Shown here: positions 18,164-29,112 of the stretch, in pieces
Layout: each line of letters begins with the position of its first letter
Numbering within the stretch: position 1 is the stretch's first letter
Source of the DNA: an uncultured Clostridia bacterium
GTDB lineage: Bacteria > Bacillota > Clostridia > TANB77 > CAG-508
Assembly (NCBI GenBank): GCA_944386365.1
Contig: CALXAT010000009.1
Span: 1,927-65,926 of the forward strand
Reading direction: 5' to 3'
DNA: 64,000 nucleotides
The notes under the pieces: model-generated
The model's input: the letters and a program-made list of their open reading frames with translations, nothing else
Database searches by the model: none
Told to the model about the DNA's origin: nothing
Made by a program: the position numbers and the translations under genes

Positions 18164-20149
18164 CTATTTTATTTCAGCTTCTTCTGTTTTTTCCTCTTTT
18201 CTAGGAAATAGTGTTGGTTTATATTTGTCAATAATATATCCTAAGTCCTTTGAAAATTCTTTTAACATAACAATCTTTATTGAAGGATCTTTTCCATTTA
18301 AATAATCATCAATAATTTGTTTTAATTGTTTGATATTTTTAATTTCTGGCTCAATTTGTTTTGTATATTTATCAGCTCTATTAACTAATTTTTCTTTTAT
18401 TAAAACAATATCTTCATTGCTTGCACAAGAAATTCTTTGGAACATTTGATATGGATCATAATATTTAAATATTGGTATATCCATACATTCTTTATCAAAT
18501 TTTTCATAAAATAATTCCATTTTCATTGGTATACATTTAAAGATTTCTTCTGCCTTTTCTTTATACATTTTATCATGTAATTGTCCATTTAGCATATTGA
18601 AATGTTTTAATATATCATCCATATCTTCTGCTACTTCATCAATAGCTATTTTTCCTAACTCCTCATCTACATTTGCACAATATTCTGATTTCAAAGAAGA
18701 TAAATTCATACCATTAAAGAAAACACTCTTAATTGTTTTTATATCATATTTAATTAAATTTTTCTTAGAAAAATAACTAAAATATGCATATATCTTAACA
18801 TTATCAATTAGTTTTAAGTTTCCTTGTTTTACATCTTCTATAATATCAGATATAACTTTGTCAAATTCATCATCAGATATCTTCCAATATTCCTCTGTAA
18901 GAAGTCTTTTATATGCCGGTAAATTTTCTGTATCTACTGTATTTCTGATTGTCTCCATATTGTCTTTAAATATTTTCATATCAAAAATTCTAGTTCTTAC
19001 ATAATATTCTATAAATTTGAAGAATCTATATTCTGCTTTGAAATTATAGTAGTAATTACTATCAAATTCTTTAATATAAAATTGTCTATTATCCATTAAT
19101 ATTCTAGAAGATACTAGTATTGATTTATACTCTTCATTATCTTTTATATTTTCAAATTTATCTTTTGTAATTTTTCCTGCTTTAATTTCAAAAGATACGG
19201 CTATTGTAAATATTAACATTGTTTGGATAACTCTATGGCTTGTATTAGGATAGGATTTATTAACCATTTCATAAATCTTTTTAAAATCATTTAAAGCATG
19301 TTTTAAGATTCTCAAGTTTCTAGTTCCGCTTCTTTCAAATGTAGAAATAATTAATCTTGTATTTTCTCTTAGAAATCTAATTAAGTCTGGGTTATTCTCA
19401 TAGCGCATTAAGATTCCATTAATAATATAGTCAAACTTTGGTGCATATTCAAAGGTTTCTCCTATTAATTTTTCTTTTATTCTTTCATAATCATTTGCTT
19501 TATCAAATACATTTTCTATTTTTTGTTGAATCTTTTCTACAATTGGTTTATCAGATTTATTTAATTCATCTTGCTTGTCTAATAAATAGGTTGCAATAAA
19601 TGTTTTCATCTCTAGATTAGAACTCTTTAATTTTGTAGACAACTCTTTTTCATTACAAATAATAATCGTTTTTATATGGTCATGTTCAACAAAATTATTA
19701 ATATATCCTAATATATCTATAACATCTACATTTGCCCTCTCTAAATCGTCAAAACAAAGTACTTTATCATCTGTGGAAAAGAATTCTGCATAATCTACCT
19801 TATCTCCACTTTGAGTAACTCCAAAAAAGTTTGCCATATCAATACCTGTTTTGGCATATTCTGGTATTGTTGTTTGATCATGTGCATCCATATATTTTCT
19901 TAGGTTCTTATCCATTAATTGTGTTGTTTCAATAAATATCTTTTTACTAATATCCTCTAAATTTGAAATTCCATACAAAGACATATAGATGGTTGTATAT
20001 CTTTTTCCATTTAATTGCATAGATTCTATCTTTTTTCTTATTTTATGATTCCAGAAATGTGTTTTTCCGTGACCCCCATTCTCCATTGATCATGATGGCA
20101 TAATCTGTATAATCTGATCTGATATAATCTAAAATGCTTTCAATTAAAT
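18164..20149 (-). CDS. KAP-family P-loop NTPase; frame broken inside the Walker A motif in this assembly
   Basis: RBS GGAGG then ATG at 20149 gives MEDLIESILDYIRSDYTDYAIMINGEWGS, then a stop. The long ORF resumes as GHGKTHFWNH. Removing one base in TGGGGGTCACGGAAAAACA restores GEWGSGKTHFW, the KAP Walker A. Walker B is CFDDLER. Confidence 0.6.
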
Positions 20150-20172
20150 CTTCCATTTTTTCCTCCTTTGTT

Positions 20173-20829
20173 TTAATCTTTTGCTAATACCAATACATCT
20201 ATCTTTTTGGGATTTGCTTGTCTTAATACCTTTGAACATTCATTTACTGTACTTCCAGTTGTATATATATCATCAATTAATAAAACTTGTTTATTCGTTA
20301 GTATTTGTTCATTTTTCAATTCATATACATTTTGTATATTTTGCATTCTTTGTTCTTTATTTAATTTACTTTGCTCAATTATATTTTTCGTTTTAAATAT
20401 ACAATTTTCTTGTAAATCTATTCCTAAATCTTTACTTAAATTTCTTGCTATTAAAAGGCTTTGGTTATATCCTCTTTCTCTCATCCTTTTCTTACTAATC
20501 GGAACTGGAATTATTGTATCATAACTTTTTAATTTTTCAAATATTTTTTTATGTTTTAAAATAAATTTCACAAAACTTACATATATATATGATTTTTCAT
20601 TAAATTTATAATCTATGATTAATTTTCTAATGAATCCTTCATAATTAAAAATATAAATTAATTCTTGAAAATTTTTATTCTCCCCATTTTCTTTTATAAT
20701 TTCAAATTTTGCAAATTCTTCCAACCTTTTTATACATTTTGTACAAAGCCCCTCTTGATTTATTTTTCCACAAATCCCACAAACTTGTGGAAAAACTATA
20801 TCTATTATATTAAAAAATCTTTTAATCAC
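20173..20829 (-). CDS. comFC: ComF-family protein (zinc-finger plus phosphoribosyltransferase-like domain)
   Basis: N-terminal CGICGKI...CTKCIK; C-terminal VLLIDDIYTTGSTVNE PRTase motif. Confidence 0.7.
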   Translation of the reverse strand: MIKRFFNIIDIVFPQVCGICGKINQEGLCTKCIKRLEEFAKFEIIKENGENKNFQELIYIFNYEGFIRKLIIDYKFNEKSYIYVSFVKFILKHKKIFEKLKSYDTIIPVPISKKRMRERGYNQSLLIARNLSKDLGIDLQENCIFKTKNIIEQSKLNKEQRMQNIQNVYELKNEQILTNKQVLLIDDIYTTGSTVNECSKVLRQANPKKIDVLVLAKD

Positions 20830-20853
20830 CTCTTCTAAAATTTTGAATTTTTC

Positions 20854-23089
20854 CTATAAATTTTTCAATTTATATTCCAATCCTGTATTTCTTTTTTTAC
20901 TATCTACATTTTGAATCATAAATTTTATAATCTTTTCACTTCCTAATATAATTAATAGTTTTTTTGCTCTTGTAATACCTGTATATAAAAGATTTCTCGT
21001 TAATAATACTGGTGCTGATGGTGGTATTACCATAATAACCACATCAAATTCACTTCCGTTGTGCCTTATGTATCGTAATGGCATAACTATGTTCTATTTG
21101 CTCCAGCTCTGAATAATCGTAATAGGCTGTTTTCTCATCATCAAATTGAATTTCTATGATTTTATTCTTTTCACTAATTTCCGTTATTGTACCAATCTCA
21201 CCATTGAACACACCTTTTCCTACCTCTATATTTCCAGAAATTGTTTCTTTTTCCCAATCGATATCATAATTGTTTTTCACTTGCATGATTCTATCTCCTA
21301 CTCTATATACAGCTCCCATACTTGCTTTTTCTGGTAAATCATATATATTCGGATTTAGTTTTTCTTGTAAAGCTCTATTTAATTCTCTTGTTCCAAGCAT
21401 TCCTTTTTTGGTTGGTGTTAATACCTGTATACTTTGAAAGAAATCATAATCTCCATAATCTTTTAATCTTCCCGTACATAAAGATAATACTTGTTCTAAA
21501 ATTTTTTCTTGTGAAGCTTCATTTATATAAAAAAAGTCATCCATTGTTTCTTCAGTATAATCTTCATCTTCTTTTGAAATAAATGGCTGTCCATTATTGA
21601 CTCTATGCGCATTCAAAATAATTTTTGACTTAGCAGCTTGTCTAAAAATTTTATCCAAATGAACCGTTACAATCTTTTCAGAAGCAATTAAATCTTTTAA
21701 TACACTTCCAGGTCCTACTGATGATAATTGGTCACAGTCTCCTACTAATATTAGTTTTGTACCTCTATAAATACATTTTAATAAATAACTCATAACAAAC
21801 ATATCTACCATAGATAACTCGTCTACGATGATTAAATCTGCATCAATTGGTGCACCTTCATATTCTGTACTTGTTTGATAAAAGTTATTTTCATCTATTT
21901 TTCCAATTTCTAATAATCTATGTAATGTAGAAGCTTCTTTTCCCGTTGTTTCTGTCATTTTCTTAGCAGCTCTTCCTGTGGGTGCACACAATACAACTTT
22001 ATTTCCTTTTTGTTCATAAATATCTATAATACTTTTTATAATGGTGGTCTTTCCTGTACCTGGTCCACCAGTAATGATAGTCACATTATTTTCATTTACC
22101 AGTTCGATAGCTTCTTTTTGTTTTTCTGATAATTCTATATTAGAAATTGCTTCTAATTTTTTTAAGTAGGTTCTTATATTCTTTATCCTTTTTACATTAG
22201 AAGCTTCTTGTAATCTTTTGATTCTAAGAGCTATTTCTTGTTCTGTATAATAGAAGTTTGATAAATAAATCCATGTTCCTGTTCCATCTTTTCTTTCTTC
22301 TATAACAATTTCATCATTTGCTCTTAACTCTATCAATCCATCTTCTATGTTCTCTGTCATCACATCTAATAGAGAAATAACAAATTGAATCAAATTTTCC
22401 TTTACAACACAGGCATGTCCATTATAGGTCGCTCTAATTAGTGCATATTTAATTCCACTTCTAATTCTTTTTTCATTATCATAACGAATACCTAAATCCA
22501 AGGCCATTTTATCAATCTGTTTAAAATCTACACCTCTTGCAATGTCTATTAATATATATGGGTCTTTTTCTATTTGTTCAATCGCATTAATTCCTAATAA
22601 TTCATATACTTTTTTGGCAAATTCCGCACCAATTCCAAATCGTTCTAAAAATCCAACAATTTGCCATACTTCCCAGTTTTCTAAAAAACTTTCTGCAATA
22701 TCAATTGCTTTTTCTTTTGATATTCCTTTCACTTCTGCCAATCTTTCAGGTGCTGTTTTAAAAATTTGAATTGTATCTTCTCCAAAATGATTTACAATTC
22801 TTTTTGCCAAAGCTTCTCCTACACCTTTTATATTTCCATTTGCTAAATATTTTTCTAATGCACCTACTGTTTGCGGCATCAACTTTTCAAATGTTTCTAC
22901 TTTAAATTGCCTTCCATATTTTTTATGTTCTACAAAATTTCCAATGACTTTTAAATTATCGCCACTTCCTATAAATGGTAAATATCCAACAATTGTTGTT
23001 TGTTCTTCTTCTGTATCAAATTCAGCTATCATATAGCTATTCGTTTCATTATAATATATGATGTCTTGCACTTCTCCTATTAATTCCAT
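20854..23089 (-). CDS. recD2: ATP-dependent RecD-like DNA helicase (RecD2/YrrC); frame broken near the C-terminus in this assembly
   Basis: Walker A GGPGTGKTT, motif LIIVDELSMVD, then ...YAITIHKAQ followed by a stop. GSEFDVVIMV...YTGITRAKK continues in another frame. Deleting the C in CAACGGAAG restores HKAQGSEFD. Confidence 0.8.
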
Positions 23090-23110
23090 TTATAACTCCT
23101 AATCTTTTTC

Positions 23111-23935
23111 TTATTTTAAAACTAATTCTTCCATAGCTATCTTATATTGTTCCTCATTAGGTGCTTTACCATGCCATCCCACTTGATTTTCCATATAAGA
23201 TACACCTTTTCCTTTTATGGTTTTTGCAATAATACATACTGGTTTATTTTTTACATGTTTTGCTACGTCAAAAGCATCCATAATTTCTTGCATATTATGT
23301 CCATCAATTTTTATAATTTCAAATCCAAAACTTTTAAATTTTTCATCAATCGGATATGGACTCATAACTTCTTCAATCGTTCCATCTATTTGTAAATTAT
23401 TATTATCCACAATTACACAAAGATTATCCAATTTATATTTATGCGCAGCCATTGCCGCTTCCCAAACTTGTCCTTCTTCAATTTCTCCATCACCTAATAT
23501 GCAATATACTCGATAATCTTTTTTATCCATTTTTCCTGCCATTGCCATTCCAACAGCACTTGACAATCCTTGTCCTAATGAGCCGGTTGTCATATCCACA
23601 CCTGGTATTTTCTTCATATCTGGATGACCTTGTAAATAACTATCTATTTTTCTAAATGTTTTTAAGTCTTCTACTGGAAAAAATCCTCTATTTGCCAAAC
23701 AACTATATAAAGCAGGTGAACAATGTCCTTTTGATAAAACAAGCCTATCTCTTTCTTCCCATTTTGGATTTTTTTCATCTATATTTAATTCATTAAAATA
23801 TAGTACTGTCAAAATATCTGCCACAGACAATGAACCTCCCGGATGTCCAGATTGACCACTATATACTGCTTCAATAATTCCCTTTCTTACTTCGTTAGCC
23901 ATTTTTTCCAAATCTTCTATCTTTTCTAATTTCAT
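23111..23935 (-). CDS. transketolase N-terminal (TPP-binding) subunit; no C-terminal subunit gene adjacent
   Basis: GHPGGSLS, GDGEIEEGQVWEA motifs; 274 aa; RBS GAGGTG. Confidence 0.8.
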   Translation of the reverse strand: MKLEKIEDLEKMANEVRKGIIEAVYSGQSGHPGGSLSVADILTVLYFNELNIDEKNPKWEERDRLVLSKGHCSPALYSCLANRGFFPVEDLKTFRKIDSYLQGHPDMKKIPGVDMTTGSLGQGLSSAVGMAMAGKMDKKDYRVYCILGDGEIEEGQVWEAAMAAHKYKLDNLCVIVDNNNLQIDGTIEEVMSPYPIDEKFKSFGFEIIKIDGHNMQEIMDAFDVAKHVKNKPVCIIAKTIKGKGVSYMENQVGWHGKAPNEEQYKIAMEELVLK

Positions 23936-24143
23936 AACACACACCTCTTCAAAAATATTTCTATTTATTCATACTATATCATTATCTCTTCTATTTTTCC
24001 AGACTTTTATATAATTATTCCATTATATTTTTTACATTTATATATTTTTATCTTTTATTTCAATTGACAGTTCTTAAAAAGAATGTTAAATAATAAGTAT
24101 TAAATAAGATTTTTTAATTTTCTATCTAGAAAGGAGTTTTGTT

Positions 24144-25547
24144 ATGTTAGATGAATATATAAAAAAGCATAAAGATGAAATGATTCAAAACCTTCAAGAA
24201 CTAATTCAAATTCCTAGTGTATATACTGAATCTAAGAATCCTTTAATGCCTTTCGGAGAAAATGCTAATAAAGCTTTAGAATATATGCTAAATTTAGGAA
24301 AAAAATTAGGTTTTCGAACCAAAAATATAGATGGATATTGTGGATATATAGAATTTGGTGAAGGCGAAGAAATGCTAGGTATTATTGGACATCTAGATGT
24401 TGTTCCGAGTGGTGACAACTGGACATATCCACCTTTTTTAGCTACTATTTTTGATAATAAAATATATGGTAGAGGTGCCATTGATGATAAAGGTCCTGTT
24501 ATGGCTTCCCTTTATGCTATGAAATATGTATTAGATAATTGTAAAGTTAATAAACGTGTTCGATTAATTTTAGGATTAAACGAAGAAAATGATTGGAAAT
24601 GCATTCATTATTATAAAGCACATGAGGAATCTCCTACAATTGGCTTTAGTCCTGATGCAGATTTTCCTTGTATTTATGCCGAAAAATCTATTTTAACCCC
24701 CTATTTTTCAATAGATTATTCTAAATATGCAAATGCACCAATTTCTATTGAAGAAATCGATTGCAATCATAATGCTATTAATGTCGTTCCTAAAATTTGT
24801 AGTACGATATTAAAAATCGATTCTACTATTTTTATGGAAGATCTTATAGAAATTCTTAAAAAAATCATTGATGAATATGAATTCGAAATCGATATTTATA
24901 AATTAAATGATGAAGAAATTAAATTAACTTCCCATGGTGTTGGTGCTCATGCTGCACATCCTGATTTAGGAGTTAATGCTATTTCCAGATTAATTGTTGT
25001 TTTAAATGCTTTATTTAAGAAATATGATATTTCTATTCCATTATTTGATTTTTTTGCAAAATATATTAACACAGAATATGATGGTAAAAGTTTAGGAATC
25101 CATTATAAAGATGAATCTGGTAATTTGACTTTAAATGTTGGAAAAATTCTTTTTGAAAATAACATTTTAAAAATAGGATTGAATTTAAGAATTCCAATAC
25201 ACACATCTATTGAAGAAGTTGAAAACAAATTTTTAACTTGTTTATCTGATTATTCAGAAATTTCCTATAAAAAAGTAGGCTCTAAACCAGCACTATATAT
25301 TCCAAAGGATAATTACTTAGTAAAAACACTTTGTGATATTTATAATGAAGAAGCGAATGCTTACCTAGAACCGATTGCGATTGGTGGTGCTACTTATGCC
25401 AGAGCTTTTGAGAATTGTGTTTCTTTTGGTGCCAATCTTCCTGGTCAAAAAGATATGTGTCATCAAACAGACGAATTTATTTCAATTGACAATTTATTAT
25501 TTGCTTGCAAAGTGTATGCAAAAGCAATTTGTGAATTAGGTAAATAA
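24144..25547 (+). CDS. M20-family dipeptidase (PepV/Sapep-like)
   Basis: GHLDVVP...GRGAIDDKG metal-binding motifs; 467 aa. Confidence 0.75.
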   Translation: MLDEYIKKHKDEMIQNLQELIQIPSVYTESKNPLMPFGENANKALEYMLNLGKKLGFRTKNIDGYCGYIEFGEGEEMLGIIGHLDVVPSGDNWTYPPFLATIFDNKIYGRGAIDDKGPVMASLYAMKYVLDNCKVNKRVRLILGLNEENDWKCIHYYKAHEESPTIGFSPDADFPCIYAEKSILTPYFSIDYSKYANAPISIEEIDCNHNAINVVPKICSTILKIDSTIFMEDLIEILKKIIDEYEFEIDIYKLNDEEIKLTSHGVGAHAAHPDLGVNAISRLIVVLNALFKKYDISIPLFDFFAKYINTEYDGKSLGIHYKDESGNLTLNVGKILFENNILKIGLNLRIPIHTSIEEVENKFLTCLSDYSEISYKKVGSKPALYIPKDNYLVKTLCDIYNEEANAYLEPIAIGGATYARAFENCVSFGANLPGQKDMCHQTDEFISIDNLLFACKVYAKAICELGK

Positions 25548-25601
25548 TTTTTCAGATATGTTTTTGATTTTTACAAACACAACTTTTAACATAGTTTATA
25601 A

Positions 25602-25652
25602 ATCAACAATTATTCTATGATTGTTGATTTATTTATGATTTCGTGTTAAAAT
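25602..25652 (+). promoter_or_regulatory. promoter TTGATT-17-TGtTAAAAT overlapped by the 9-bp inverted repeat ATCAACAAT/ATTGTTGAT
   Basis: -35 at 25624-25629, extended -10 at 25644-25652; the palindrome 25602-25628 overlaps the -35. Confidence 0.5.
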
Positions 25653-25703
25653 ATTGACTGGTAAACATAAAAACTTATTTGCAACAAAAAGGAGGACGAG
25701 AGT

Positions 25704-26114
25704 ATGAATAATGAATTTTCTCTCAAAATCAGTAGTAAGGACGGTGCTTGCATCTTATTTGAGCGTAGCTCTTTTATTTGCAATTACCGGCAAGGTATTT
25801 TAGACAGGGTGAATCATATGGGAGGAACGATTATCAGTAACTTTGAGGTTGAACTTCCCAATAAAGAAAAGTTCGATTCATTACTGCTTTTCATTGGACT
25901 TTTGCAGGCAGATGCTTTTGCTGTGACAATAGGTCATGGAAAAAAATATGTGGCATGGATTTCCAAGAATTCTCTAATGAAAGAACATTGGGATATTGTG
26001 AAAGGTTATGCCCAAAACTTCAACGGAGTTTCCACTCCAGAAGGATTTGATTTTGAAAAATCATCTGATGCCAAAGATTTCATGACTTGCTTAACAACAA
26101 TTATCATCTCTTAA
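25704..26114 (+). CDS. hypothetical protein (136 aa), compositionally foreign (about 38% GC)
   Basis: RBS AAAGGAGG then ATG; no recognisable motif; higher GC than its neighbours; followed by a GC-rich terminator. Confidence 0.5.
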   Translation: MNNEFSLKISSKDGACILFERSSFICNYRQGILDRVNHMGGTIISNFEVELPNKEKFDSLLLFIGLLQADAFAVTIGHGKKYVAWISKNSLMKEHWDIVKGYAQNFNGVSTPEGFDFEKSSDAKDFMTCLTTIIIS

Positions 26115-26122
26115 AATCCTTA

Positions 26123-26165
26123 AGCACCCCTCAGGCGTTCTGCCTTGAGGGGTGCTATCTTTTTA
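26123..26165 (+). terminator. GC-rich hairpin AGCACCCCTCAGGC/GCCTTGAGGGGTGCT plus T-run
   Basis: Stem of about 13 bp with near-perfect pairing, then ATCTTTTTATT. Confidence 0.65.
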
Positions 26166-26182
26166 TTCTATCATTTTATACC

Positions 26183-27991
26183 TTATTCTTCCTCAAATAT
26201 TTGATTAAATTCTTGTTCATTAATCTTTTCTTTTTGTAATAGCGTCTCAGCAATTTTATCTAATTTATCTCTATGTTTATTTAATAATATGATAGCATCA
26301 TTATATGCTGTATCAATTAATGTTTTTACCTCTTCGCCAATTTCATCTCCAATATTTTCTCCAAACATTTGCATTTCATATGGTTCTTTACCTTGGAAAT
26401 CAATTGGTCCTAATTTATCACTCATACCATATTTGGTTACCATATCTCTTGCAATTTTCGTTGCCACTTCAATATCGTTGCTTGCCCCAGTAGATATATC
26501 ATCTAATACTAATTTTTCAGCAGCTCTACCACCTAAAAGTGCAATTAATTTTTCTTGCATTTCCGTTTTAGAAATATAATATTTATCTTCATTTGATTTG
26601 TACATTGTGTATCCACCAGCAACACCTCTAGGAATGATAGATACTTCTTTTACATTCGTTTGTGTTGGTAAATATCTACTAACCACTGCATGTCCAGCTT
26701 CATGATATGCTGTTAATCTTTTATCCTTATCAGATATCACTCTTTCTCTCTTTTCTAGTCCCACGGTTACTTTCTTAACAGCTTCTTCAATATCATCATT
26801 TTCAATTTCGTCATGTTTATTTTTGGTTGCTACAATCGCTGCTTCATTTAATATATTTTCAAGTTCTGCACCAGTAAATCCGGCTGTATCTTCTGCTATG
26901 CTTTCTAAGTTCACATCATCTGATAATTTTTTATCTTTACTATGAATTTTTAAAATTTCTAATCTTCCTTTTAAATCTGGATTTGGTATTGTAATTTGTC
27001 TATCAAATCTTCCTGGTCTTAATAATGCTTTATCTAACATTTCTGGTCTGTTGGTAGCTGCTAAAACAATGATGGTTTCCTCTGATCCAAATCCATCCAT
27101 CTCTACTAATAATTGATTTAATGTTTGGTTGTTTTCTGTTTCTGCTCCGCTATTAGATGTTCTTCTTGAACCAATTGCATCAATTTCATCAATAAACACA
27201 ATGCAAGGTGCTAATTTTCTGGCTTTTTCAAATAGTTTTCTAACACGAGATGCACCTAATCCCGCAAACATTTCAATAAATTCTGAACCACTCATTGATA
27301 TAAATGGTACATCTGCTTCACCTGCTATTGCTTTTGCAATTAATGTTTTACCCGTTCCAGGTTTACCATATAAAAGGACACCTTTTGGAACTCTTGCTCC
27401 CATTCTTGTATATTTTTCAGGTCTTTTTAGAAAATCTACAATTTCTATTAATTCTCCTTTTTCTTCTTCTAGTCCTGCCACATCATCAAATCTTACTTTT
27501 GTTTTTCTTTCTGTTTCATCATATACTTTTCCTTTTTCCCCAAGTCCTTGCATTTTAAATATCATAACAAATAATGCTACCATAATTAGTGTTGGGAGTA
27601 TTGAAAATACTGTACTTGGTAATTGAGCCCAAAAACTTTGTGGTTTTTGGATTAACTCAATTTCATTTCCTTCTGCAACTTTTGTTTGAATTAATGTTAT
27701 AAATGCTTCTGTATCTGGAATAATAGCTTTTTTTTCTTCATCTTCATCTCTAAATTTTATTTTAGCATTTCTACTTCCTGTTGTAAGTTCTACTTTTTCT
27801 ACATTCCCATAAGATATCTCTTTAATTAAATCTGTATATGCCAATGTATTTTCTTCTTCTTTATTATTATTTTGGTTATATATAACAATTCCTACAATTA
27901 ATACAATCAGCAATACAATTAATCCAATTAATGATAAAAGTAATTTTTTATTTTGTTCTTTTTCGTTATTTTTATTTTTCTCTCTACTCAT
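26183..27991 (-). CDS. ftsH: ATP-dependent zinc metalloprotease FtsH
   Basis: AAA+ Walker A GPPGTGKT-like (GKPGTGKT), SRH, HEAGHA zinc motif; N-terminal transmembrane segments. Confidence 0.95.
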   Translation of the reverse strand: MSREKNKNNEKEQNKKLLLSLIGLIVLLIVLIVGIVIYNQNNNKEEENTLAYTDLIKEISYGNVEKVELTTGSRNAKIKFRDEDEEKKAIIPDTEAFITLIQTKVAEGNEIELIQKPQSFWAQLPSTVFSILPTLIMVALFVMIFKMQGLGEKGKVYDETERKTKVRFDDVAGLEEEKGELIEIVDFLKRPEKYTRMGARVPKGVLLYGKPGTGKTLIAKAIAGEADVPFISMSGSEFIEMFAGLGASRVRKLFEKARKLAPCIVFIDEIDAIGSRRTSNSGAETENNQTLNQLLVEMDGFGSEETIIVLAATNRPEMLDKALLRPGRFDRQITIPNPDLKGRLEILKIHSKDKKLSDDVNLESIAEDTAGFTGAELENILNEAAIVATKNKHDEIENDDIEEAVKKVTVGLEKRERVISDKDKRLTAYHEAGHAVVSRYLPTQTNVKEVSIIPRGVAGGYTMYKSNEDKYYISKTEMQEKLIALLGGRAAEKLVLDDISTGASNDIEVATKIARDMVTKYGMSDKLGPIDFQGKEPYEMQMFGENIGDEIGEEVKTLIDTAYNDAIILLNKHRDKLDKIAETLLQKEKINEQEFNQIFEEE

Positions 27992-28011
27992 CTTTCTTCC
28001 TTTCTTCCCCT

Positions 28012-29112
28012 TTATGCATTAGACCCTTGTGGTTCATCATCATTTAAATTACCTTTATTTTCTTTTTTCTTCTTTTTTGTTTTTTCTTTTGGTTCTTGAT
28101 TTTTTTCTTCTGGTTTTTCTTCTTTTTCTTTTTCCTTTTCTTTTTCTCTTTCTTTATCTTCTAATTCTTTTTTCACAACTTGTTGTGCCTCAACAATTTT
28201 CATTACTTCTGCTTGTTTTTTTATCAAATCAGATTTTAATATAAAAATTGCTGCCAACAAATAAATAGTTGCCACTGTTACATACATAATACTAAAATAT
28301 TCTATCGTAAAATTAAACAATATATTTACAATTAAATATATGATATTCAAAATGGTTGAAAGTGTAAGAGAATATACTGCCATATTAAATACAGCAACAT
28401 ATCTCATCCTCATTTTTAATATCCACATCGTAAAATATCCAATAATACTTATAATTACAGCATACCATAATGTATTTATAAAATACATTGAAAAACTATA
28501 AATAAATAATGTTACAAATATGCTAAAATATAATGTATTAATTTGTCCATCTTCTACATAGTTTACAACATCTTGTTTATTAAATTCTGTTAAATTCATA
28601 CTGTCCAAAGATTCTTTATAGTTATATGAAACTTCACCAATCATTGTGATATTTTTTAGTACAACTCTATTTTTTAATACTAATACACCCGTTCCAGATT
28701 CATTAATTGAATTTAAGTATTGATTAATAGTTTCTTCTGAATCTGTATTCGTATCAACTATAATTTTTCCAAATTGTTTATTTTCTATATTAATTGCTTC
28801 CTCTGAATTAACTGTTAATACGCCATCTTTATATGAAAAGTCTGGAAATTCACTTTCCAAATAATTCGTTCCTTCTCTTATCATTTGATTGGTTTGAAAT
28901 AAAGTCCATATACTTAAAATAATTGCTAATATGACAACTAATTTTGCAATATAAGATAATGCTTTTCCAATTCCTTCTGTTGCCATTTCAGGATATCTCT
29001 CTATATTAAAAATAGAATATTTTAATTTTCTAAAAAATCCCATTCCTTTAAGTTCTTTATATTCTTCTTTCTTTTCTTCTATGTTATTGTTTTTATTATC
29101 TTCTGAAGCCAT
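28012..29112 (-). CDS. polytopic membrane protein (DUF1189-like?) with a C-terminal (E/K)n low-complexity tail
   Basis: Multiple transmembrane helices; tail KEREKEKEKEKEEKPEEK...; family assignment uncertain. Confidence 0.6.
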   Translation of the reverse strand: MASEDNKNNNIEEKKEEYKELKGMGFFRKLKYSIFNIERYPEMATEGIGKALSYIAKLVVILAIILSIWTLFQTNQMIREGTNYLESEFPDFSYKDGVLTVNSEEAINIENKQFGKIIVDTNTDSEETINQYLNSINESGTGVLVLKNRVVLKNITMIGEVSYNYKESLDSMNLTEFNKQDVVNYVEDGQINTLYFSIFVTLFIYSFSMYFINTLWYAVIISIIGYFTMWILKMRMRYVAVFNMAVYSLTLSTILNIIYLIVNILFNFTIEYFSIMYVTVATIYLLAAIFILKSDLIKKQAEVMKIVEAQQVVKKELEDKEREKEKEKEKEEKPEEKNQEPKEKTKKKKKENKGNLNDDEPQGSNA

